Of a stretch of 64,000 nucleotides of DNA, positions 10,118-19,726 are shown piece by piece. The notes beneath the pieces were generated by a model that ran no database searches, was not told the DNA's origin, and saw only the letters and a list, made by a program, of their open reading frames with translations. The translations under genes and the position numbers were made by a program. Source of the stretch: Armatimonadota bacterium (lineage in GTDB: Bacteria > Armatimonadota > DTGP01 > JAKQQT01); NCBI GenBank assembly GCA_036504095.1, contig DASXVS010000002.1:118184-182183 (forward strand). Direction: 5' to 3'. Position 1 is the stretch's first letter, and every line of letters begins with the position of its first letter.

Positions 10118-10959
10118 GAACCACCCACACCGCGCGGACTGGGTTGGGCCGTGCCCTCACCTATCTGGCGCTCACGCTGCTCGCCGCGCTGTTCATTTTC
10201 CCCTTCTACTGGCTCGTCGTGTCCGCGTTCAAAACGCAGGCTCAGATCTTCAGCACGCCGCCGCAGTGGCTGCCCAATCCGGTCACAGCCTCGAATTTCG
10301 GCGACCTGTGGCGGGAGACGGACATTCCCCGCGCGTTCCTGAACTCCGTCATCATGTCCAGCGGAAACGTGCTGCTCGCGCTGTTCCTGTGCTCGCTGGC
10401 CGGCTTCGCGTTCGCTAAATACCCGCGGGCGCCCGGCAACGGCAAGCTGCTGGCGTTCGTGTTGGGAACGATGATGATCCCCGGCGCCGTCACCCTCATC
10501 CCGTCGTTCCTCGTGATGGTCAAACTGCACCTCATCAACACCTATTGGGCGATGATCATACCGGGCACGGCCGGCGCTTTCGGCATCTTCTGGATGCGGC
10601 AGTACATGGCCGCCAACGTCCCGGATGACCTGGTCGCCGCCGCCCGCATCGACGGCTGCAGCGAGTTCGGAATCTACTGGCGCGTCGCCGCGCCGATCGC
10701 CACGCCCGCCCTTGCGGCGCTCGGCATCATGCAGCTCATCGGCAGTTGGAACAACCTGATGTGGGCCTTCATCGTGCTGCGCACCCGCGACATGCTGACG
10801 CTGCCGGTCGTTATCTACCTCTTGCAGGGGGAGATTCGCACGCCGTACGGTATGCTGATGGCGGGAGGTTTGCTGACCACCCTGCCGCTGGTCCTGGCGT
10901 TCCTGTTCTTCCAACGGCATTTCATCGCAGGCATCACCGCAGGCGCGATCAAACAATAG
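10114..10959 (+). CDS. Sugar ABC transporter permease (MalG/UgpE-like)
   Basis: Start overlaps the upstream stop; permease loop AARIDGCSEFGIYWRVAAP; 6 predicted TM segments. Confidence 0.8.
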   Translation: MRTTHTARTGLGRALTYLALTLLAALFIFPFYWLVVSAFKTQAQIFSTPPQWLPNPVTASNFGDLWRETDIPRAFLNSVIMSSGNVLLALFLCSLAGFAFAKYPRAPGNGKLLAFVLGTMMIPGAVTLIPSFLVMVKLHLINTYWAMIIPGTAGAFGIFWMRQYMAANVPDDLVAAARIDGCSEFGIYWRVAAPIATPALAALGIMQLIGSWNNLMWAFIVLRTRDMLTLPVVIYLLQGEIRTPYGMLMAGGLLTTLPLVLAFLFFQRHFIAGITAGAIKQ

Positions 10960-11062
10960 GCGGAAATGATGAAATCTGAACGATGAACGATGAACGCCGA
11001 GCTTCAAAGCGGAGGGCCGGGGGAACCGGCGGCGATCCGGCGCCTGATAAGAATCAGAGGCT

Positions 11063-12061
11063 ATGCACACCCTTTTGGCGATAAGTCTCCTGCTCCTGCC
11101 TCTCGCAACCTGTGCCGCCGCGCCCGGCCCGGCGGTTATCCGCCCCGGCGTGGTCTGGAAGGACCTCCATGGCGCCGCGATCCAGGCGCACGGCGGCGGA
11201 ATCCTCGTGCACAACGGCACGTACTACTGGTACGGCGAGGACAAAACGCACGGATGGTTCAACAGTTCCGGCGTTTCAGGCTACTCATCGCGCGACCTGG
11301 TCACCTGGAAACGCCTCGGCCTCGTGCTCCCCAAGGCAGCGTTCCCGGCCCAGTTTCAGGACACCGGTGTGTGCGAGCGGCCCAAGGTCCTCTACAACCG
11401 CAAGACCCGCAAGTACGTCATGTGGATGCACCTGGATGCCGCCAACTACAGCGTTTCCGCGGCGGGGATCGCCGTGGCCGACCGGCCGGAGGGTCCGTTC
11501 ACCTTTCAACGCTTCTTTCGCCCGCGCCCAGAAAGCACTTTCCGCGATATGAACCTGTTGCAGGACTCGGACGGCCGCGCCTATGTGTTTTATTCCGGCG
11601 AGGGCAATGCCACGATGCACGTAGTGCGTTTGAACGCGGAGTACACGGGTGTGGAAGAACCGATGGTGGAAGGGCGGACGTGGGCGCGCATTTTCGCCGG
11701 CGCGTCCCCTGAGGCTCCCGCGCCGTTCCAGTTCGGCAAGCGTTATTACATCATCACGTCCGCCTGCACGGGCTGGAAGCCCAACGCGGCGCAGTACGCA
11801 TGGGCCGATAGTGTCCTCGGACCGTGGACGGTGAAGGACAACCCGTGTGACGGCGCGGACGCCGGCACCACGTTCCAATCGCAGAGCACTTTCGTTCTCC
11901 CGCTCCCGGGCGGCAGGCCAAACGAGTTCATCTATATGGGCGACCGCTGGAAGCCCGAGGACCTCGCGGACTCGCGCTACATCTGGCTGCCCTTCGCGAT
12001 ACAGGAGGACGGTTCGTTCCGCCTGAAGTGGCAGGATGAATGGGCCTTGCCGAAGCGCTGA
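11063..12061 (+). CDS. Glycoside hydrolase family 43 protein (secreted)
   Basis: Signal peptide; five-bladed beta-propeller GH43-like motifs (HGGGILVHNGTYYWYGED, VMWMH, YVFYS). Confidence 0.75.
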   Translation: MHTLLAISLLLLPLATCAAAPGPAVIRPGVVWKDLHGAAIQAHGGGILVHNGTYYWYGEDKTHGWFNSSGVSGYSSRDLVTWKRLGLVLPKAAFPAQFQDTGVCERPKVLYNRKTRKYVMWMHLDAANYSVSAAGIAVADRPEGPFTFQRFFRPRPESTFRDMNLLQDSDGRAYVFYSGEGNATMHVVRLNAEYTGVEEPMVEGRTWARIFAGASPEAPAPFQFGKRYYIITSACTGWKPNAAQYAWADSVLGPWTVKDNPCDGADAGTTFQSQSTFVLPLPGGRPNEFIYMGDRWKPEDLADSRYIWLPFAIQEDGSFRLKWQDEWALPKR

Positions 12062-12094
12062 CGCCGGAGACGAAAGGACTGAGGGAGAGGGATT

Positions 12095-13093
12095 ATGATC
12101 GTCAACATACTTATCGTCGCGGCCGGTCTCGGCCTGGTGTTTCTGGCTCTGGAAGGAGACTGCGCTCAACCTCCGCCGAACACACCGCCTTCCGGTGGAT
12201 CAACGTTCGTGGCGGATCGCAATCCGGTCTTCCGGGGCGCGGATCCGCACGCAATCGTCGTCGGAACGACGATTTGGGTGTACCCCACCGTCGGCCGCGG
12301 CCGCTTTGATGCGTTCTCCTCGGCCGATCTGAGGACGTGGGAGCGCCATAACGCGGTGCTGGAACTGACCGGCGTCAAATGGATCCACGACGGCGGATAC
12401 ACCGACTGTCAGGCGTGGGCGCCGGGCGTGGTTCAAAAGGGGGGGAAGTTCTATATGTACTTCTCCGTGGGGCCGCAGAGCCCTGGCTACCCATCCCGCA
12501 TCGGGGTGGCGGTCGGCGATTCGCCCGCGGGCCCGTTCGTGGACTCCGGCAAGCCGTTACTCACCGGGGGCAACGGCTTTGAAGCGATCGACGCCATGGT
12601 TTTCGATGACCCGAAGACGCACAAGTTCTACTTCTATGCCGGCGGCAGCGCCGGGGCGACCCTCCGCGTATTCGAGATGAATCCCGATATGGTCAGCTTC
12701 GCCCGCGAGATCAAGGTGAACACGCCTCCGCATTTCACGGAGGGTTCGTTCATGCACTACCGGAACGGCGTCTACTACTTCACCTACAGCCACGGCTGGT
12801 GGGAGGGCGACACATACTCCGTCTACTACGTCACGTCCACCACGCCCGTTGGACCTTGGAAGGCCGGCGGCAAGATTCTGAGCAGCGACGACAAGCGCAA
12901 GGGTCCGGGGCACCACTCCATCATCAAGCACCCGGATCGCGACGAATGGTACATCGTTTATCACCGCTGGGAGAACCAATCCGGCCGCGGGCCGTACCGC
13001 GGATCCCGGCAGGTAGCGATCGACAAGCTTGAATATGGTTCTGACGGCTCCCTCAAGCCGGTGACGATGACCAACGTGCCGCCGCGACTCTGA
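12095..13093 (+). CDS. Glycoside hydrolase family 43 protein (second copy, divergent)
   Basis: GH43-like motifs (DPHAIVVGTTIWVY, QAWAPGVVQKGGKFYMYFS, EGSFMHYRNGVYYFTYS); GAGGGAGAGGG ribosome-binding site before the ATG. Confidence 0.75.
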   Translation: MIVNILIVAAGLGLVFLALEGDCAQPPPNTPPSGGSTFVADRNPVFRGADPHAIVVGTTIWVYPTVGRGRFDAFSSADLRTWERHNAVLELTGVKWIHDGGYTDCQAWAPGVVQKGGKFYMYFSVGPQSPGYPSRIGVAVGDSPAGPFVDSGKPLLTGGNGFEAIDAMVFDDPKTHKFYFYAGGSAGATLRVFEMNPDMVSFAREIKVNTPPHFTEGSFMHYRNGVYYFTYSHGWWEGDTYSVYYVTSTTPVGPWKAGGKILSSDDKRKGPGHHSIIKHPDRDEWYIVYHRWENQSGRGPYRGSRQVAIDKLEYGSDGSLKPVTMTNVPPRL

Positions 13094-13169
13094 GCTCGCA
13101 GCCCGGACCAGTTTCCTGACCTCTTTCGTCGCCGGCCACGCTCGTAAAATCGGTACTTTCGGCCCTGTC

Positions 13170-13178
13170 TGGTACAAT
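13170..13178 (+). promoter_or_regulatory. Candidate extended -10 promoter element TGgTACAAT
   Basis: TGGTACAAT about 68 nt upstream of the 13246 start; the same TGGTAYAAW word recurs upstream of brnT and of the pilin at 43312. Confidence 0.3.
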
Positions 13179-13245
13179 TTCAACGCGATAGCATCGGTTG
13201 TGAAAGGGTTGGGTGGAGGGCACACCCGGCTCGGGAGCGGGACCG

Positions 13246-16197
13246 ATGCGTTGCAGATTGGCCATCATCGTGGGTCTGGCATTCGCGGCGTCCGCATCGA
13301 ACGCGGCGGACGACCGTTTGCCGCCCGGCGCCCCGGTCCAACCACCCCTTATCCGCGCCCTTCAGCGAACGATGGCGGGCCGGCCGGTCATCGGTGTGGC
13401 CCTGCCATGTATAGCGACGGCAGAAATTCCTACCGCCTTCGGACCCGATGAGGGACTGCTTCCACGGCTGCAAGCCATCGGTGACGCCGCCAGCGCCCCG
13501 GGCCTCCGCCTCATCCCGTTTGCCGTCGGCTCGGCGTGGGCTCTCGCCCCGGAAACCCGTGAGGAATTCCGGCTGCCCGACCCGAATGCACGACCGCTGG
13601 AGTATATGGACCGCCGATCCTCGCTGATGTGGTTCCTGGCGGCGTTGACGCCGGAACAAATCGGCCAGCTGGGCTCCGCGGACGGCCTCCCCGCGCGGGA
13701 CTTGCGCGGCGCCCCGCGAGCCGCTCTGCTCCGCGCGCTTCAGCCGCCGCTCATCATCGCGGAACGGCAGGAGCCGGTGAAGCCCGCCGCCGGGGAGGGA
13801 GACTTTGAGACCCCGGTATGGCGCGACGTGCGCCGCGTGGATGACCCGCTGGATGCTTCCAGCCTCCGCGTTTTCGCCCGGCTGCAAGTCCGTGAGGCAT
13901 ACTTCCGGACCAGTGGAGACCAATATGTCAGCCTCCCTGTCGTCCCGCCGCCTGATGAACGCGCGCTGCGAGGGGATCGGGCCGGCAAGACCATTGGCCT
14001 TTATGGCAACCTTGAGATTCCCTGCATCACCATGGTCGCCAACCGCTACAAACCCTCGGATCTGACCGGCGGGACACTGCGGCAGCCGATCGGACTGGAA
14101 GGCGTCCACACGGTCAAAGAGGTCGTTGAAGCCGCATCCCGAGCGACCGGTTTGACGCTCCACGTGATTCCGATGTGGAAGGACATTCAGGTCTTCGTCG
14201 GCTCGAAGACCCTCCCGAGCGGCGACGTTATGGACACCCTTCGCCTGGCGCTGGAGGGGGCCTGGCGCAAAGTCGGGTCGGAATATGTGCTTGCCTGGGA
14301 CGTCCGCGGCCTCGCGCCCCTGCAGCGGTCCACAATCGAGTCGTTGGCCGGAACCAGCAAACGGACTGAGGGTATACTGCACTCGGCTTATCGGTCAGGC
14401 GCCTGGATCTCGATGGCGCGGAGCCTCATGTTCGACGAAGACAATTCCCTGTCGCTCACACGGGAGCAGCGGGACATTATACTGCCCGAAATCCCGGCGG
14501 GATACCCGACGATCGGCTACGAACAAATGACCCCGTACCAGCAGGCATGGGTGCAGACGCAGGCCCGGACCCGCGCGGTGACCGGGAGGACCGATAGCGG
14601 TGCGGTTTTCGAAAGGGCCATCTCACGGGACGAAGTCAGGGCCACCGCAATCAACAGCCACCTCAATATCATCATCTCGGTCGAGGAACCTTCGGTCGGA
14701 CGCCTGCGGCTCGACCCGGAGTTCGGCAGTATCGAGCTCATCGGGCAGGAGGATATCCGTCGGAGCGGGCTGAGGGACGCGGCCAAACTCTTCCCGGTGA
14801 CTCCGGAAATGATGAACTCGCCGGGCATATCGGAAGAGGCGGCGGAACCGAAGGACGAAGATGGAACGGACGAGGACCAGTCTGCGGATCCGGGCGCGTT
14901 TGGACCAGCCGCGATCCCGTCGCAAGAGCGGGCGGTGATGGTGCCCCCTACGGGGCCGGCCACACTTGGCGATCTGGCCGCCACCATGCGCCGCCACGGC
15001 TTCAACACGCTGTTCTACCCGGTCCTTTATGACGGTTACTCAACGATCCCGAGCGCGGCGTTCCCGCTGCATCCGGCGCTGCGCGGCAAGGACGGGCTGG
15101 ATGCGGCGTTTGCCGCGATGGCCGGGTCAGGCATCCAGGTCGTGCCGTACCTGAACACGCTCACGTGGCGTGGACCCGATCAACCGTCCCGAGTGCTGCG
15201 CAAGCACCCCGGATGGCTGGAGCGCGACATTCTGGGGCGCTGTCGTTCGGAATGGCTGGTGGATCATCCCCTTAAAGACGGTGATCGCGTCCTGGACGTG
15301 GCGATCGACCGCGACTACGTCCGCGGTTCGGATCCGGCGGTGGCTTCCCTGCTGCAAACGCTGCTCAAAGAGCTTTCGGCGCGGCAGGCGGTAACGGGCC
15401 TGGCCTTCAGCGACTGGCTGCCTGAGCGGTTCGAGGATAGGGCCTCCTCGAACGGGGTCTTGTCTACGTCCACGCAACCTCCCATGGGTTTCGCCGCACC
15501 AGACCGATCTGCCTGTCTGCGGGAGACCGGGATGGATCCGGTGGATCTCACCCTCTGGTGGGACCCGCCATTCATGCCGCGGACGATGTCGTCGCGCCGT
15601 GAGGATAATGAGCCGTGGGGGATTGGTTCCGATCGGTGGAACGGCGACGAGTCCGGAACCATCGGGCCCGCGGGTGCCCCTCACCCTGACGCCCGCCTGA
15701 TTTCCGCCCTCCTTGGCTCGGCGAAGGACCTGCGCCCGGACTGGGAGACGTACCTGTTCGACGCATCGGGCAAGTACCCTGAGTTGGCCGGCGGGCCGGA
15801 GTCATCAACGCCCCGGCCTGACCGGACGCTAACGCTCCCCGACCACACGATCGGCCTGATCCTGTCGACCGGCGAGCACGCGGACGGAGTATGCATCCCG
15901 TTGGCGTCTCAACTCCTCGTAAAGGCAATCCAGGCGCCCGATGTGCTCAAAACGCTCAACGAGGCGATGGACGGGTTGCGGCGCGGAGAGTGGCGCGATT
16001 TCGAATTCCACATATCTGGTCCGGACGAACCTCCGGATCGGACGCGGTATGCCCCGCCGTATACCACCGTGTTGAACTTCCAGCGGATGCCGGAGTCCAT
16101 CCGCGACACGCTTCGCCTCTTCCGCCCGCCCACTCCCAATGAACTGGCGCCGCCGAAGGTAACGAGCGCAACGAAGAAATTCGGCCCCGGTCACTGA
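13246..16197 (+). CDS. Large secreted protein of unknown function (984 aa); C-terminal third may resemble a YddW/GHL10-type glycoside-hydrolase-like TIM barrel
   Basis: Signal peptide MRCRLAIIVGLAFAASASNA; C-terminal segment HGFNTLFYPVLYDGYSTIPSAAFPLHPAL; sits directly after two GH43 genes on the same strand. Confidence 0.45.
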   Translation: MRCRLAIIVGLAFAASASNAADDRLPPGAPVQPPLIRALQRTMAGRPVIGVALPCIATAEIPTAFGPDEGLLPRLQAIGDAASAPGLRLIPFAVGSAWALAPETREEFRLPDPNARPLEYMDRRSSLMWFLAALTPEQIGQLGSADGLPARDLRGAPRAALLRALQPPLIIAERQEPVKPAAGEGDFETPVWRDVRRVDDPLDASSLRVFARLQVREAYFRTSGDQYVSLPVVPPPDERALRGDRAGKTIGLYGNLEIPCITMVANRYKPSDLTGGTLRQPIGLEGVHTVKEVVEAASRATGLTLHVIPMWKDIQVFVGSKTLPSGDVMDTLRLALEGAWRKVGSEYVLAWDVRGLAPLQRSTIESLAGTSKRTEGILHSAYRSGAWISMARSLMFDEDNSLSLTREQRDIILPEIPAGYPTIGYEQMTPYQQAWVQTQARTRAVTGRTDSGAVFERAISRDEVRATAINSHLNIIISVEEPSVGRLRLDPEFGSIELIGQEDIRRSGLRDAAKLFPVTPEMMNSPGISEEAAEPKDEDGTDEDQSADPGAFGPAAIPSQERAVMVPPTGPATLGDLAATMRRHGFNTLFYPVLYDGYSTIPSAAFPLHPALRGKDGLDAAFAAMAGSGIQVVPYLNTLTWRGPDQPSRVLRKHPGWLERDILGRCRSEWLVDHPLKDGDRVLDVAIDRDYVRGSDPAVASLLQTLLKELSARQAVTGLAFSDWLPERFEDRASSNGVLSTSTQPPMGFAAPDRSACLRETGMDPVDLTLWWDPPFMPRTMSSRREDNEPWGIGSDRWNGDESGTIGPAGAPHPDARLISALLGSAKDLRPDWETYLFDASGKYPELAGGPESSTPRPDRTLTLPDHTIGLILSTGEHADGVCIPLASQLLVKAIQAPDVLKTLNEAMDGLRRGEWRDFEFHISGPDEPPDRTRYAPPYTTVLNFQRMPESIRDTLRLFRPPTPNELAPPKVTSATKKFGPGH

Positions 16198-16226
16198 AAG
16201 CGCCTGTCCGGACCTTGGCAGTTGCG

Positions 16227-16646
16227 CTACCGCCCGGCGCGCGGCGGACGGCGGCGCTTGGGCGTGGGCGATTTGGCCTTCTTCAGCTCCGCCACGCGCA
16301 CTGCCTTGTCCATCCAGACCGCGAGTTCGTCCGGGTTGTCCAGCACGAAGGCGGGCACCTCGTAATACTGCATCACCTGATCCGGGTTGTCGAACGGCAT
16401 GAACGGCCCCATGCCCTCCGCCTCGAAATCGCCGCGATTGGAGCTGTCGACCTTGAAGTACAACCGGTCGTTGGCCATGACGGCGAAGAAAAGCCCCTCC
16501 CGGTAAAGGCCCACGCCGCCGAACATGCTCCGGTCAGTCACGTGCGCAACCAGATTCAGGACGCTCAGGGTTTCCGCGCGATATGCGGGTGTTACGGGCA
16601 CGGCGTTTCCTCCACGCGGCGACGCACATGATGGTGTACCCGCCAT
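16227..16646 (-). CDS. TfoX N-terminal-domain protein
   Basis: MFGGVGLYREGLFFAV motif characteristic of the TfoX_N domain. Confidence 0.55.
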   Translation of the reverse strand: MAGTPSCASPRGGNAVPVTPAYRAETLSVLNLVAHVTDRSMFGGVGLYREGLFFAVMANDRLYFKVDSSNRGDFEAEGMGPFMPFDNPDQVMQYYEVPAFVLDNPDELAVWMDKAVRVAELKKAKSPTPKRRRPPRAGR

Positions 16647-16708
16647 GGCTCAGCGCGCCGCTACACTGATATCATACACTCGCTGACGAGGAGACGCAAC
16701 CAACCAAA

Positions 16709-18145
16709 ATGGCTGTCACCGATCATTCAATCCTGCCGAAAACGCCCGCCGGGGAGATGCTCGCCCTCTGGCTGGACGCCGTGAACTCCGGCGACTTCGA
16801 GACGATCCGTCGTTTCATCAGCGAAAGCCATACCGCCGCTGCGCTGGCGACTCGCAACGCCAGGCAGCGGGCGGCGGCACGCGTGCGGACGTGGACCAAC
16901 ACGCGCGGCCTGACGGCGCGGCGGATCGTCGCGTCGAAGCCGCACGCTCTGAACGCCCTGCTGTTCGGGAACCTGGCGGAGGATTGGTGGAACGTTCGCA
17001 TCGAAGTGGAGCCGGATCCGCCGCACCACGTCAAATCACTCTCGCTCTCGCCCGCGGCCGCGCCGGACGACCTGCGCGAAGGCGGCCCGTTGTCGCCGCC
17101 CGAGATTGCCGAACGACTCGACGCCTACACCGCGAAGCTCGCAGATGCCGACATTTTCTCCGGCGCCTATCTGCTTGCGCGAAACGGCGAGGTGCTCACG
17201 GCCGGGGCACGCGGCCTCGCCAGCCGCGCGTGGAAAGTCCCAAACACCGTGCAAACCCGGTTCAACCTCGGGTCGTGCAACAAGATGTTCACCTCGGTCG
17301 CGATCCTTCAGCAGATCGAATCCGGACGGATCGCTCTGGACGACCGGATCGGCGGCATTCTGCCCGACTACCCCAACGAAGACGTGGCCGCGAACGTGAC
17401 GATCCGCCATCTGCTCACGCACACCTCGGGCCTGGGCTCGTTCTTCAACCAGCAGTTCGCGGGCGCATCGCGCGCGCGATTTCGCAAGGTCGCCGATTAT
17501 ACGCCCCTCTATGAGCGCGAGCCTCTCGAGTTCCGCCCCGGCGCGCGGTTCAGCTACAGCAACTCCGGCATGATGCTTCTGGGTGTGATCCTGGAGAAAG
17601 TGACCGGCGGTGACTACTTCGAGTACATTCGCGAGCGCATCTACGGGCCGGCCGGCATGACCCGCAGCGATTCCTACGACCTCGATGCGGACGAGGCGGA
17701 CATCGCGGTCGGCTACACCAGCACGGGCGCGGACGGTGGCCACCAATCCGGACCGCGCCGCAGCAATGTCTTCACACACATCGCCAAGGGCAGCCCCGCC
17801 GGTGGAGGTTTCTCAACGGTCGAGGACATGCTGCGTTTCGACCAGGCGCTCCGGGGCAACGTCCTGCTTAAGCCGGAGACCACCGCGCTGATGCTCACGC
17901 CGCAGGCATCAACGGACTTCGATCCGTCAGTGAAGATCGGATACGGGGTCTTTCTGGAAGAGTCGGCCGGCAAGCGCATCGCGGGCCACAGCGGCGTGTT
18001 CGCGGGCGTGAACTCGCAGTTGGACATGCACCTGGACACCGGGTTCACCGCTGTCATCCTGAGCAACTACGATCCGCCCGCCGCCAAGCGCGTGGCCCAC
18101 AAGGTGAGGGAGTGGGTGGCGGGGGGAGTGATGAATGATGAGTGA
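16709..18145 (+). CDS. Serine hydrolase, beta-lactamase/transpeptidase superfamily, with an extra N-terminal domain
   Basis: S-x-x-K motif (SCNK), YSN motif (YSNSG), HSG near the C-terminus; no signal peptide seen. Confidence 0.75.
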   Translation: MAVTDHSILPKTPAGEMLALWLDAVNSGDFETIRRFISESHTAAALATRNARQRAAARVRTWTNTRGLTARRIVASKPHALNALLFGNLAEDWWNVRIEVEPDPPHHVKSLSLSPAAAPDDLREGGPLSPPEIAERLDAYTAKLADADIFSGAYLLARNGEVLTAGARGLASRAWKVPNTVQTRFNLGSCNKMFTSVAILQQIESGRIALDDRIGGILPDYPNEDVAANVTIRHLLTHTSGLGSFFNQQFAGASRARFRKVADYTPLYEREPLEFRPGARFSYSNSGMMLLGVILEKVTGGDYFEYIRERIYGPAGMTRSDSYDLDADEADIAVGYTSTGADGGHQSGPRRSNVFTHIAKGSPAGGGFSTVEDMLRFDQALRGNVLLKPETTALMLTPQASTDFDPSVKIGYGVFLEESAGKRIAGHSGVFAGVNSQLDMHLDTGFTAVILSNYDPPAAKRVAHKVREWVAGGVMNDE

Positions 18146-18185
18146 TGAATGATGAGCGATGGACGCCCGGATTCAGGGGTTCAGT
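18128..18185. repeat. Word-repeat element copy (GATGAATGATGAG tandem words followed by CCCGGATTCAGGGG)
   Basis: GTGATGAATGATGAG x2 then CGATGGACGCCCGGATTCAGGGG; overlaps the last codons of the serine hydrolase (..VMNDE stop); related copies at 48697, 51245, 54800 and inverted copies at 19165, 51411. Confidence 0.6.
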
Positions 18186-18214
18186 AACCCGGCTGGGAGA
18201 GAAGGGGAGCATTT

Positions 18215-19138
18215 ATGAACAGAGACCCATTCTGGAAGGATCCTATGGAAGGGGAAAAGGCTGTCGTCTACTGGACGGGGACAAAGGAACCGCTGTGTGG
18301 AGAGTCGCTATGGGAGGGCAATATTGTCCGCCTGCCGGTTCCACCTGGGGATCCGTGGATCAGCATCGTGCTGGGTGGGGGCTTTATCCTGCCGGCAACG
18401 GATGGCAGTGGTACTGACACGATCAACCCGGTCGGGATCCTACACGATTTCTACAGCCGTGACGCCGAGGGGGCTCCGTTTCCGGAAAAGGTGACGGCGT
18501 GTCTGGCGGGAGAACGGAGGGTCTTCATCGGCTACCCGCATAGGACGTCCCACCTGTATGTTGACAGCGAGGACGACCTGGCTTTCGATATGGTCGCGAA
18601 CGACTGGCTGGAGATGATGGACGCGGCGGGTTTCAATGTCCGAGTCGCTGTCGGCGACGGTCCCAAAGACTACCCGTACGTGAGCGCTATCGGAACTGGA
18701 ACTCAGCTCGCCCGAACGCACTGGTTGAAAGGCCAATGCGAAGGGGACCCGCTCGTGTTGTTCGCATCGGACGGCGTGAGAACACCGTTGGAGGAGTTGA
18801 TCGCGAAGTGGACGCCCTCCGGATCCAAAGCGCTGCGGGACGAGCTCACTCAGCAGATGTACCGTGACCACCGACCCATTTGGCAACTCATCGCCGGCGC
18901 CGACCTGTTCTTCTCCTGCTGTGGGTTCGAGGGAGGTTACGAAGCAATTCTAAACGTGCGTGGCGTCCCAGTGGAGAGGATTCACGAAGTGCTCAAGGAA
19001 GTAGCCGAAAGTCTCGGCCTCCATCTGTACTATGGTGGCGAAGCGCCACAAGCCCGCGAGTCGACGCGGTGGAGCTACGTCTTCGATGACCATTACCGGC
19101 GGATGCCGATACCCAGCCATTGGGAGCAGATCGTGTGA
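18215..19138 (+). CDS. Hypothetical protein (307 aa), no recognisable domain
   Basis: Complete ORF with ribosome-binding-like GGGAGAGAAGGGGAG upstream; GC slightly lower than neighbours; bracketed by inverted word-repeat arms. Confidence 0.5.
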   Translation: MNRDPFWKDPMEGEKAVVYWTGTKEPLCGESLWEGNIVRLPVPPGDPWISIVLGGGFILPATDGSGTDTINPVGILHDFYSRDAEGAPFPEKVTACLAGERRVFIGYPHRTSHLYVDSEDDLAFDMVANDWLEMMDAAGFNVRVAVGDGPKDYPYVSAIGTGTQLARTHWLKGQCEGDPLVLFASDGVRTPLEELIAKWTPSGSKALRDELTQQMYRDHRPIWQLIAGADLFFSCCGFEGGYEAILNVRGVPVERIHEVLKEVAESLGLHLYYGGEAPQARESTRWSYVFDDHYRRMPIPSHWEQIV

Positions 19139-19164
19139 GGGTGAAGCGTTGGTTGCCGCATCCG

Positions 19165-19200
19165 GCTTTCATCGCTCATCGACCATCGTTCATCGTCTTC
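19165..19200. repeat. Inverted copy of the GATGAA word repeat
   Basis: CTTTCATCGCTCATCGACCATCGTTCATCG is the reverse complement of GATGAACGATGG / GATGAGCGATGAA words; lies between convergent stops. Confidence 0.55.
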
Positions 19201-19201
19201 G

Positions 19202-19633
19202 CTACAGCGCGTACACCTCCGCACTTGGGACCACCTGCACGCCGCTGGCGGCCAGCGTGTCTACCGCCTTGTCGATGTCCTCCACACGGAAGATGACCAG
19301 GGCGTTGTCGCGGAACTTCTCCGTGAACGCGTAGAGGTATTCCACACTCACATCTGCCGAGCCGAGGGCTTCCATGATGTGTGACAGGCCGCCGGGCCGG
19401 TCCGGGACTTCCACCGCGATGACATCGGTGAGTCGCGTCACGAATCCGGCGGCCTTGAGCACCAAGACGGCGGCGGCGGGGTCGGTGACGATGAGGCGCA
19501 AAACGCCGAAATCGGACGTATCGGCCAGGCAGAGCGCCCGCATGTTGATGTGCGCCTCGCCAAGCACCTTTGTGACCGCGGCCAGGCGGCCGGGCTTGTT
19601 CTCAAGAAACACGGAGAGTTGCTGTACGCGCAT
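19202..19633 (-). CDS. ACT-domain protein (small-molecule-binding regulatory domain)
   Basis: Two ACT-like beta-alpha-beta-beta-alpha-beta halves; last gene of the iorAB-paaK operon. Confidence 0.65.
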   Translation of the reverse strand: MRVQQLSVFLENKPGRLAAVTKVLGEAHINMRALCLADTSDFGVLRLIVTDPAAAVLVLKAAGFVTRLTDVIAVEVPDRPGGLSHIMEALGSADVSVEYLYAFTEKFRDNALVIFRVEDIDKAVDTLAASGVQVVPSAEVYAL

Positions 19634-19726
19634 CTTCACTCCCTCCTCATCCGAGGCATTCATGCCCCGGCATTATGGCCTTCGGCCACAAAAGCCCTGA
19701 AGGGCCTCCAAACCCCGAATCCCTGA

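Noticed and set aside
16215-16631. 138-aa plus-strand ORF overlapping the TfoX-like gene
   Set aside because: The opposite-strand frame carries the TfoX_N motif MFGGVGLY; the plus-strand translation has no features.
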